64,000 bases of DNA from the NCBI GenBank assembly GCA_041659505.1, contig JBAZYF010000001.1, positions 412,933 to 476,932 on the forward strand, read 5' to 3'. This DNA comes from Parcubacteria group bacterium (GTDB lineage Bacteria; Patescibacteriota; Minisyncoccia; Moranbacterales; UBA2206). The notes below the pieces were generated by a model. The model did no database searches and had not been told where the DNA came from. It worked only from the letters and a program-made list of their open reading frames with translations. Of this stretch, positions 19,231-27,689 are shown piece by piece; positions within the stretch are counted from its first letter, which is position 1, and every line of letters begins with the position of its first letter. The translations under genes and the position numbers were made by a program.

Positions 19231-21072
19231 TTATGCTTCTTCGCTCAGTTCTTTTTTGGCCCTTTCAATGTCCAACAGCTGAGATGGGTCGGTTGTGATA
19301 ATCTGATCTTCAGAGTAGGAGGCGACAACCTTGATTGCAACATGGTTTGTTCCGGCAAAAAAAATACCCTCTCCAACATTGCTTTCTAGGAGTAAAAATT
19401 TTTCTTGGTCGGTGAGATAAAAAGTATCAGTGATGACGTCAATGCCAGCAGGGGATTGTTTTAAGAGCAGTTGTAAGGAGGAATTGGTCACAATTGCTTT
19501 GCCATATCGGGAAGAAAGAAAGTCATTGACATCCTGAGTGATTGTTGTGAGGCCCGTGTAATATTTGCGGCAACGCTTGGCGATACCAAAGAGAAAGGAG
19601 GCCGCATCTTCATATTTCATCATAACCCAGGCCTCATCAACCAGCACTAACCTTTTTTTCATATTTGTGCGCATCTCGTTCCAAATGAATTGCAGAATGA
19701 TATACATAGCTACCGGGCGCAATTCTTCCTCCATGTCGCGAATATTGAATACGACCAACTGATTGTCCACCTTGATGTTGGTTGTGTTATTGAGAAAACC
19801 GGCAAAAATTCCCTGGGTATACTTTTCCAGACGAACAGCTAAAACCTCTCCACCGTCCAGGCTACGCAGTATTTGGTAAAGATCAGACATTGTAGGAAAG
19901 GAGTCTTTGTTGAGTGCATTTAAGTTTGTCTCACCAGTGATATCTTTGATGCTGTAGGTTTCGTGGATAGCCCGATCTAAAACAGAGTCTTCCTCTGGCG
20001 TTATTGATCCAAGCATGATATGTAACAGTCCTAGCAGGTTGGCAATATTATTGCGCAAAATATCTTCTGGATCTTCATCATCGCCTACCTTTGGCAAGTC
20101 AAAAGGGTTGAGATGATTGGGAGAGTTGAGTGATATTTTGATAAAAGTTCCTTCAACAGTATCACAAAGATGTTTGTATTCATTTTCTGGGTCGATAATG
20201 ATAACATCTGTCCCTACCATCATTGAGCGCAAAACCTCTAATTTGACGGTGTAGCTTTTTCCAGCACCAGACTTGGCAAAGACGACCATATTAGCATTTT
20301 CCATTTGAAAGCGGTCAAAAATAATCAGGCTGTTGTTGTGTCGGTTGATGCCATAAAGGATTCCGGTGTTTGAGGATAGTGTGGATGAAACAAATGGGAA
20401 AGTGGTAGAAAGCGGAGAGCTGTTCATATTTGTCCCGATATCCAGTTCATCATTTGCTAATGGCAAAGAGGAATTAAATCCCTGTTCTGATTTGAATACG
20501 GCAGGTTTTATATAGACTAGTTGAGCTTCTAGGATTGCCTCAATACTTTTAATGTTCTTTGTAACTGCATCTTCATTGTCTCCATAAGCTGTTATGTAGA
20601 GGGCGAAACGGAAAAACTTTTCAGTCCCCTGCTGGAGCTTATCACGCAATTCATCGATGTCTTGTTGGGCGGTTTCCAACGCTGGATCGCGGATCAATCC
20701 CTTATTTTGTTCAATCTGGATTTCAGATTCGACTTGTGTCGCACTTTTTTTTAAAGTTTTTAGGATATCATAGGTGTCGACGGGATGGATGAACATGGAA
20801 ATGTCAATCGGCATATCAATATTGATGATTGGAGAAAACCAATTGCTGTGCAGATAGCGTGGATAAGCGATAACAAAAATGGTCTGTGCGATTGTTTCTC
20901 CTACGCGGATAGATTTGGGCATGATCTGGATTGCGGCAGGCGCAATTATATCATTGAGCTTAGCTAGCCCCTCTTGGTAATACTTTTCTGATTCCAATAT
21001 CTCATCTTGTGGTTTGGTTGGTTGGTTTGATGAAATATCAGTCGAATTTTTTTTGGCGAATGGGTTAAACAT
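19231..21072 (-). CDS. VirB4/TraC/TrbE-family T4SS ATPase, ATPase domain
   Basis: Walker A VVFAKSGAGKSYT and Walker B RLVLVDEAWVMM. The central block ...IAYPRYLHSNWFSPIINIDMPIDISMFIHPVD...IRDPALETAQQDIDELRDKLQQGTEKFFRFALYITAYG matches the VirB4 signature region. Confidence 0.85.
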   Translation of the reverse strand: MFNPFAKKNSTDISSNQPTKPQDEILESEKYYQEGLAKLNDIIAPAAIQIMPKSIRVGETIAQTIFVIAYPRYLHSNWFSPIINIDMPIDISMFIHPVDTYDILKTLKKSATQVESEIQIEQNKGLIRDPALETAQQDIDELRDKLQQGTEKFFRFALYITAYGDNEDAVTKNIKSIEAILEAQLVYIKPAVFKSEQGFNSSLPLANDELDIGTNMNSSPLSTTFPFVSSTLSSNTGILYGINRHNNSLIIFDRFQMENANMVVFAKSGAGKSYTVKLEVLRSMMVGTDVIIIDPENEYKHLCDTVEGTFIKISLNSPNHLNPFDLPKVGDDEDPEDILRNNIANLLGLLHIMLGSITPEEDSVLDRAIHETYSIKDITGETNLNALNKDSFPTMSDLYQILRSLDGGEVLAVRLEKYTQGIFAGFLNNTTNIKVDNQLVVFNIRDMEEELRPVAMYIILQFIWNEMRTNMKKRLVLVDEAWVMMKYEDAASFLFGIAKRCRKYYTGLTTITQDVNDFLSSRYGKAIVTNSSLQLLLKQSPAGIDVITDTFYLTDQEKFLLLESNVGEGIFFAGTNHVAIKVVASYSEDQIITTDPSQLLDIERAKKELSEEA

Positions 21073-21145
21073 TGATGTTTGTGGTTTTATTTATATTCCC
21101 TTTATCTCTCGAGAGAGGTCCATTTGATGGCGAGGAAAATTTGGG

Positions 21146-21832
21146 CTATCTTAATTCCATTTTTTCCGTATCGATATAGCCCTTAGTATCATAAATAGTT
21201 GGATTATAAGCATTAAACAGTAGTTCGATCAATTCTTGTGTCTTGAGTGGAGCGATGCGGACTCCGATACCAGAGAGTCCGGCAGTAAGGTGGTCGACCC
21301 TTTGATATAGTTGGCTCTTGTATGTCTCAAATGTTTCTCTTTTCTCTATGATTTTTCTTTTGGGATTAAGCATGTTGGAAAAATTACTAAAAAAACCTCT
21401 CTCCTGGTTCTCAATAGGGGAAAATGGTACGACAATATAAAACATTTTATCCATAATATCAGACATGGAAACTAATTGGGTGATGAAATTTTTATATTCT
21501 GATATTTGCATCCGCATCAATTCGGTCTTTTGTTGCTTCTCCTTGGTGGTTAAAAAATCGAGATAGGTGTCTATATTTAGCTTTCGCGAATTAATCAGAA
21601 TTTGCAGCGGAAAATCCACTGAGTTGAGAAAGTTTTGGTACTGATTGATGATTGCTTCTTGCTCATCCGTTGCTTTAAGTTCAAAATTGATTGCAGAAAC
21701 AGCCAAAACTGCCCTAATTGATCCGCTCTTAAGGACTATTACGTCTTCCTTTACTTCTGCTACGTCTAGATATTTTTGCGTAGGTGATTTGGAAGCTTGC
21801 TTGGTAAGTTTTTGAGAATAAAGTTTTTCCAT
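21146..21832 (-). CDS. VirB4 N-terminal domain (CagE_TrbE_VirB-like) encoded as a separate ORF
   Basis: ...YLDVAEVKEDVIVLKSGSIRAVLAVSAINFELKATDEQEAIINQYQNFLNSVDFPLQILINSRKLNIDTYL... is the typical PrgJ/TcpF/VirB4 N-domain. A 73-nt gap and a different frame separate it from the ATPase ORF. Confidence 0.7.
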   Translation of the reverse strand: MEKLYSQKLTKQASKSPTQKYLDVAEVKEDVIVLKSGSIRAVLAVSAINFELKATDEQEAIINQYQNFLNSVDFPLQILINSRKLNIDTYLDFLTTKEKQQKTELMRMQISEYKNFITQLVSMSDIMDKMFYIVVPFSPIENQERGFFSNFSNMLNPKRKIIEKRETFETYKSQLYQRVDHLTAGLSGIGVRIAPLKTQELIELLFNAYNPTIYDTKGYIDTEKMELR

Positions 21833-21837
21833 GTTTT

Positions 21838-22263
21838 TTATCTTTTTTTCATATCTAATAATTGGGAAATATCGGCTACTTTTTGAGCGTCAAATTTTTT
21901 CCGGCTAATCACGGGAGTGGCTGCTTGATTTTTTTTAGCCTTTTCCGCCATTTTTTCTGGCAAGCGCCGCCAGATATACATTTTAGGTCGGATGATAAAC
22001 AAGATCGAGGAAAGAACAAATTTAATGAGTGGCTGGTTGTAGGGCCTATAGAAGGCAAAAGAGCCAAAAACGGCTGAAACAATAATAATAGAAAGAATAA
22101 AGGCCGACTGGTCTAATGTTTTATAGGTGAGCAGAAGAACTACTGCGCCAGCAGCAAGCCAGCCAAGTTGTTTGGCGGTGAGCGGGCCAACCAGCTTGTC
22201 TTCAATATCAATAAATTGGGGGACGTTGAATATCATTAAATTGTCTAAACCGTTAATTAACAT
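21838..22263 (-). CDS. VirB3/PrgI-like small membrane protein
   Basis: 141 aa, two TM helices, immediately upstream of virB4. ...LVGPLTAKQLGWLAAGAVVLL... resembles the PrgI/VirB3 family. Confidence 0.45.
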   Translation of the reverse strand: MLINGLDNLMIFNVPQFIDIEDKLVGPLTAKQLGWLAAGAVVLLLTYKTLDQSAFILSIIIVSAVFGSFAFYRPYNQPLIKFVLSSILFIIRPKMYIWRRLPEKMAEKAKKNQAATPVISRKKFDAQKVADISQLLDMKKR

Positions 22264-22336
22264 TGATTTCGCCGAATTTAGAATTTAATCGGTGCAATAA
22301 GTAAAAATAGGTGTTAATCAATGGCTCTAAATTTGC

Positions 22337-23464
22337 TCATTCCTCTTTCAAGTTTACCACATTTTTAGGTAATGGTCTTGGTGGAGTGGAGTAATTTATT
22401 TTAGTGACTTGGCTGGCTTGAGGAAAACTGAGTCGCGGTGGGTGCAAAGTTTCAATCGGTTTTTCTATGGGAAGAGTTTGCGGGGAAGAGAAATGGATAT
22501 TCCCCGTTTCTGGTTCAGTTTTTGCTGTTTCTTTTTTTGGCAGATCTCTTCTCCAGGCGGAAATCCTTTTTTCATCTGGCTGGAGCTTAGGCGCTGGCTG
22601 AGTGATCCTTTGTTTTGGATAATTATTTGTTTGATTTTGTCCTCTTCTGATTTCCGCCGGTTCAGTTGTGCTATTGATGTTTCCAAGATCGATAATTGGT
22701 TTTCGAGGAACTTCTTCTTTCTCTGGTATGTTGAAAATTATTTGCTTGGAATTACTATTTATGGAAAGTGGAGTTTTATCTTCAAAGGATTTTATGAGCG
22801 CTGACAGCCTTTCTCGGTCTTGAAAGGATAACGTTTGGGTGTTGTCACTTTTAAAAAGATAATTTCCCCGGATAATTGGGTCATGATTGCTGATGCCTAT
22901 TGTGAAAGTGTAGTCCGAGAGCCAGTTATCGATAGATGGTCGGACTGGTTCGGGGTAAGTTCTGATTTTAATATAGTTGGCGGTGATTAATTGTTCCCCT
23001 AGTAGGGGGTATTTTTTTAGTGCATTTTCGATCGGTAGGCTTTCTATTTGGGCTGCATAGGCTTTTTCTTGCGAGCTGTCGTTGATTATTCTTTGGATTA
23101 CTAGATCGGAAATCTTTTGCGCCGTAGCGATATTAATGCCTATCTCCTTAGATAAATTGGCGGGAAAGTCAGAGAGTTTGAGTTCTTGAAAATAATAACT
23201 GCGAATCGCACGAGAAATATCAGCCATTTGTAATGGTTCGAGGTGGAAACTTTTGCCAATATTTTGGATTTTTTGAGCTGTTAAGTCAGTAACAAGTTTG
23301 TCCTTTACTGGCTCTGGCAGGATGAGGAATTTTTCTTGTCTCTTTCTGATTTGCTCTGAATTTTCATCATCAGGATTTTTGGTGACAGAAACAGAATAAG
23401 GACGGGTGCATAGCACCAGCTTCGCATCCTCATTTAACTTAGAAAAAGGAAATTCTTTTGACAT
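22337..23464 (-). CDS. Hypothetical cytoplasmic protein with a Pro-rich C-terminus
   Basis: 375-aa ORF in the cluster. No recognisable domain. Confidence 0.45.
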   Translation of the reverse strand: MSKEFPFSKLNEDAKLVLCTRPYSVSVTKNPDDENSEQIRKRQEKFLILPEPVKDKLVTDLTAQKIQNIGKSFHLEPLQMADISRAIRSYYFQELKLSDFPANLSKEIGINIATAQKISDLVIQRIINDSSQEKAYAAQIESLPIENALKKYPLLGEQLITANYIKIRTYPEPVRPSIDNWLSDYTFTIGISNHDPIIRGNYLFKSDNTQTLSFQDRERLSALIKSFEDKTPLSINSNSKQIIFNIPEKEEVPRKPIIDLGNINSTTEPAEIRRGQNQTNNYPKQRITQPAPKLQPDEKRISAWRRDLPKKETAKTEPETGNIHFSSPQTLPIEKPIETLHPPRLSFPQASQVTKINYSTPPRPLPKNVVNLKEE

Positions 23465-23481
23465 GAGATTGGTTTTTTATT

Positions 23482-25428
23482 TTAGACAATTCCGATGCTG
23501 CTTAGCGCTGAAGAGTTGTTTCCAGAGAGTCTTTTGCGAACTTCTGCTTTTGCCTCAGTTTTTAGATTTGCCCATGCGACTTGTGCTGCTAGTATAGCCC
23601 GGTCCCTAGTCGGTCCTGCTGGTTGGCTTATTGTTGCAGTCCAATCTTGATCATTCCACTGTTCAGCGGAAAGCGCACCCATTTGCTGATTTGCAATATG
23701 TTGTTGAATGTCGGCAGTTGCGGCTGCTGCGGTTACAGTTGGTGGCAAGCCTGCCGCACTAATTCTTGCATCTAGATCTGCTCGAGCCGTAACTTGGCTT
23801 GCAGCACTGAAACTGTCAACATTTTCTCGTTTTGCCTGTTCGGTCGCATCATTTGATTTATTGATAGCAACCAGGTCGTTTCTATTTTGCTTTACTTTGG
23901 CGTTTACAGCGCCTCTTAATGCGGCATTGGAATTAGTCCTAATAAAGGCATCATAAGTTGTCTGATCCATTTTTTTATCTTCCGCTAATCTTAGTGCAGC
24001 TCCGGCGTCTCCAGCGGCAGCTAGAGTTTTAAGTTCAGGATCGGTCGTGAGATTTTTCTTGTGTTCGTCAGCCTTTCTTCGCATTTCCTTTTCTAGTGAT
24101 CCCTTGACGGCAAACATGCCCTTGCCAGCATACCTAGCTTCTCTTTCTGCTTGTCTGTCGGATCCAAAATATCCAGTTTTTTTCCAATTGGCCCATTTCT
24201 GTTGTACTCCGCCAGGAATGCCGGTTTTCTTAGCTGCCCACCAGGCAGTCTTATGCGGCGCGCTAGCTAATTGTTTCATTTTCTTTTGACCATATCCAAC
24301 TACTGCTCCTGCGCCTGCGATGCCAGATTTTTGGGCTATGATAATGCCATACCAAAGGATAATGATCGGCAATGCGAAAAAAGAAGCTGCGGAAACCAGT
24401 GTTGTTGTGTCCATCGTTGATCCGCTAGTGTTTGTTTTAGCGAGCGCTTGTATACTAGTTTGGCTTGCGCTGATTGCCGTGAATAGTTTGCTGGCAACAA
24501 ATAGAAAAAAAATTATAATCGGACCAGAAAAACAATATTTCATAAAATCTGTCCACCATTCACTGGCAGAACTGGCCAATTTTGTTCCGGGGGCGATTTG
24601 CCCGACAAAAGCGATTGGAGAAAAGATAATATATATAGTGAGCGCTATTGTCCGTATGAGCAGAAGAACGGCGATTATGAGCAGTGTGATGGCTAGGATA
24701 AAAGTGAAAATAATAGCAGAAATCAAAAAAACAAGGTCAATACTTTGGCTTTTCAGAATATTTTGAATCCCAGTTCCTTCAATGAGGGTCATAAAAGAAT
24801 TGGTTCCGCCAAGCGCGTTCAGGAGACCAAACATAAGCATATTGGAAGCGTCGATAATGAAGCGAGAGATGGGGAAACTGAAATTGACCAAAAGCGCCAT
24901 AATGATCAAGTTGAGTAAGATATTTTTATAGTTAAAATTTGTACTCGCCTGAAAGATGGTAGCGAAAGCGGAGAAGAGCAGTACCATGATAAAGGCGATG
25001 TTAAAAACATCGCGGACAGTGCGCCAAGTATCATAAACCACTTGGTTGCTCATGATCGCCTTCATGTTGTTTGCATCAACGATGTATCCAAAAATAGTTT
25101 GGGCTACGCTGAGTATTACGGCGACAAAGCTTAATATTCCCTTAAGCAGCCATGCTATTCCCCGTTGAAACCAAGTTGCGCTATCTACTTTTGGTATAGG
25201 CATTTTTGACGAATCTATTGATGCACCCTCAGCCCCATAATTATTGGAATACCCTGCAGAAGACTCTCCATTGAGATTGCTTAAGACATTGGAGTACCAA
25301 TGATCTTCAGCTGAAACTGGTCTAGCTGAATAAACAAGTGGTAAAAAAAATGCAACACAAAAAACTGCTAATAAAATTTTCAGTTTGTTTTTTTGAAAAA
25401 AAGTAAGCACGAGTGTATGTTTTTTCAT
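23482..25428 (-). CDS. VirB6/TrbL-like polytopic membrane protein with a long A/K/Q-rich C-terminal tail
   Basis: 648 aa. Signal/anchor, ~60-aa extracytoplasmic segment, a block of 5-7 TM helices, then a ~300-aa hydrophilic tail, as in Gram-positive VirB6 homologs (PrgH/TcpH-like). Confidence 0.5.
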   Translation of the reverse strand: MKKHTLVLTFFQKNKLKILLAVFCVAFFLPLVYSARPVSAEDHWYSNVLSNLNGESSAGYSNNYGAEGASIDSSKMPIPKVDSATWFQRGIAWLLKGILSFVAVILSVAQTIFGYIVDANNMKAIMSNQVVYDTWRTVRDVFNIAFIMVLLFSAFATIFQASTNFNYKNILLNLIIMALLVNFSFPISRFIIDASNMLMFGLLNALGGTNSFMTLIEGTGIQNILKSQSIDLVFLISAIIFTFILAITLLIIAVLLLIRTIALTIYIIFSPIAFVGQIAPGTKLASSASEWWTDFMKYCFSGPIIIFFLFVASKLFTAISASQTSIQALAKTNTSGSTMDTTTLVSAASFFALPIIILWYGIIIAQKSGIAGAGAVVGYGQKKMKQLASAPHKTAWWAAKKTGIPGGVQQKWANWKKTGYFGSDRQAEREARYAGKGMFAVKGSLEKEMRRKADEHKKNLTTDPELKTLAAAGDAGAALRLAEDKKMDQTTYDAFIRTNSNAALRGAVNAKVKQNRNDLVAINKSNDATEQAKRENVDSFSAASQVTARADLDARISAAGLPPTVTAAAATADIQQHIANQQMGALSAEQWNDQDWTATISQPAGPTRDRAILAAQVAWANLKTEAKAEVRKRLSGNNSSALSSIGIV

Positions 25429-25431
25429 TTT

Positions 25432-26466
25432 TTATTTATATAGTGCTCCTGGGCCGTAGGCATCAACAGTTTTATTTATTTCACTGCTCGCCTTATTATT
25501 TACTGTGGTTATTTGCTGGTTAACTTTTTGCTTAACGCCGGAAACAGCTTTGTTTACTGCGCTAGAAATAACTTTAGACACGGCCGCTGCTGCCAATTCT
25601 CCGATACTATTCGCACTTGTAACCGCCAAATTAGGAAGATTGTCCGCGTTAGCTTGCATTTCCTTGTAGAGTATGCCTGGCTTGTCTATGATTCCACTTG
25701 TCGTATCACTGATAAATCCCTGATTTGCGATACTTTGCGCGCTTGCAATAGCTTTTTCACTTTCCAATGCCGCGGCGTATTGCTGAGCAATGGCGGACTC
25801 GGCATCCCAAATCGTATTTCCACCATTACCATCACCTAAAAGGTAGAGGTTTAGATTAGAAAGTGATGAACCCTGAAACATCTGAGCCGGATCTCCCGGA
25901 TAGCTCAATTGCCATTCCTTTATATCAACAATAGTATCTTGAGCCATTGTTTGGATGCTTTGGGCAAAGCTTGCACTGCTACTAGAGGAATCAGATGCTC
26001 CCAAAACAGCTTCTTTGCCGAAACCTTCCTCGGCAATCGTGCTGGCACCTAAAACACTACCAACTGTTTGATAGCTGGAACTGCCTCGTCCGGCGAGTGC
26101 GCGACTAATGTAGTCATTAGCATAGGTTTGCGCGTTACGAGCGGGTGCGGCAATTAAGTAGTCTTGCCAATTAGTTATGAATTTTGGGCCACTGCCTCCT
26201 CCAGAAATAAAACTATCCATTTGCTGGGAAAGCATCTTGACAGCGGCTTGTTTCATGGAACCCATAATCATACCTTTGATGGTGTAGGAAATTTCTTCTT
26301 GTGCTTGCTTGAAAATGGCGCCCGGAATAGCATCGAAAGGGGCAATCCAAGCATAAGTCTTGACCGGACTCAACAAGAGATAGGAAAGAATCATGAAAAA
26401 AAACATGCCCAGATTGATTTTAGTGGGAAGGTGGCCTTCTTTTTGTTTTTTAAAATTATTTTGCAT
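25432..26466 (-). CDS. Hypothetical secreted/anchored protein
   Basis: 344 aa. N-terminal hydrophobic helix, S/A/Q-rich extracytoplasmic body. Could be a VirB8/VirB5-like component, but sequence does not support a call. Confidence 0.45.
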   Translation of the reverse strand: MQNNFKKQKEGHLPTKINLGMFFFMILSYLLLSPVKTYAWIAPFDAIPGAIFKQAQEEISYTIKGMIMGSMKQAAVKMLSQQMDSFISGGGSGPKFITNWQDYLIAAPARNAQTYANDYISRALAGRGSSSYQTVGSVLGASTIAEEGFGKEAVLGASDSSSSSASFAQSIQTMAQDTIVDIKEWQLSYPGDPAQMFQGSSLSNLNLYLLGDGNGGNTIWDAESAIAQQYAAALESEKAIASAQSIANQGFISDTTSGIIDKPGILYKEMQANADNLPNLAVTSANSIGELAAAAVSKVISSAVNKAVSGVKQKVNQQITTVNNKASSEINKTVDAYGPGALYK

Positions 26467-26525
26467 AAAGTGAATAAATATTTTTCCAATAGTGGGAAAA
26501 TATTGACGGGTAGTGCGCGGTTATT

Positions 26526-27635
26526 TTAGGGAGTTGTTGTGCCAGCTGTTGCGTCAGTATTGATATTAAACAGCGATTCTATGCCACTGAGATCTTTCGG
26601 TGCACTGATGCCATAACTTTCCAATTTCTTTTGGACGGTCTCGTCATAAGTCAGGCCATACTGAGAAAATTTACTTTGGGCTTCGGAGGTAAAATCAGAA
26701 AAGACGGTCATAAATCCTTCTATCTTGGAAAGATTGGCGATATTACCCATCGGGTCATTGTCTTTGGCTTGAAAAAGCTCTCCTAGGCTTTCTGAATAAA
26801 TTGCAAAACGCAAAGCTTTAATATGGATGTCGACCAGATCTTCCGGTACTTCGATGGCATTCAATTGCTCAACTATTTTTTTCTCACTAGTGATGAGATC
26901 TTGCAATCCGGAAGAATTCTGATTGGTGATAGCGGTAGTTATAGTGGAAAGGACGCTGGACATGACGCTAGGCGCATCAGTGAGCGAGGTGATTGGCTTA
27001 GGGGAATTACTAGAAAAGATGTATGTGATAGCAACGATATAGTTCAAAAGGTCATCTTTTTTCTTGGCGGTAGCCTCGGCTGTGCTTAAATTACTATAAC
27101 TTTGCGTTTTTATTTTTATATCATCTCTTGTGATGACAGGCAGATCATCCTCGGAAACCGTGCTAGGCGTCATTGTTTCATCGATCAGTGTTTGCAAATC
27201 GTCTAGGGAAATTTGCGTATTAGTGGAAGAAGATTGCTGTGCCAGCGTGCTGGCTTTCTGGGCGATTTCGCTTGTTAAATTATCTTCCGTAGTTTCACCA
27301 AGGACTGAGCTTGTGGAATCGGCAGAAGAAGCCGGATTTGTGGCGGTGACCGCAGTTCCAGCTGTTGATAATTTATCGCCAGGCGCTTTTTTCAAAGGGT
27401 CGTAGCCACTGCGTACTTCTGCTCCGTCAGAATAGCCATCATTATCCGTGTCGGAATTATTCGGATCAGTGGTATAGACTTTTTCTTCTTCATCGGAAAG
27501 TCCATCTTGGTCGCCATCGAGAAAGATACTTTTTGTTTCACTGGAAGTAATTTCGGCGCGTACGTAAAAAGCAAAACTCGAAACGATCAAGCTCGCAAGA
27601 ATGAAAAAAGACAGACTGACATTTTTTATTTTCAT
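26526..27635 (-). CDS. Secreted protein with Asp-rich calcium-binding (thrombospondin type 3-like) repeats
   Basis: Signal peptide MKIKNVSLSFFILASLIVSSFAFYVRA. Repeats DGDQDGLSDEEE..TDPNNSDTDNDGYSDGAE and later DNDGYSDG..DPNNSDTDNDGYSDG. Confidence 0.5.
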   Translation of the reverse strand: MKIKNVSLSFFILASLIVSSFAFYVRAEITSSETKSIFLDGDQDGLSDEEEKVYTTDPNNSDTDNDGYSDGAEVRSGYDPLKKAPGDKLSTAGTAVTATNPASSADSTSSVLGETTEDNLTSEIAQKASTLAQQSSSTNTQISLDDLQTLIDETMTPSTVSEDDLPVITRDDIKIKTQSYSNLSTAEATAKKKDDLLNYIVAITYIFSSNSPKPITSLTDAPSVMSSVLSTITTAITNQNSSGLQDLITSEKKIVEQLNAIEVPEDLVDIHIKALRFAIYSESLGELFQAKDNDPMGNIANLSKIEGFMTVFSDFTSEAQSKFSQYGLTYDETVQKKLESYGISAPKDLSGIESLFNINTDATAGTTTP

Positions 27636-27689
27636 ATGTAAAAATTATACCACAATAATAGTTAGCTTGGGAAGAGCAATTTTGGAAAT

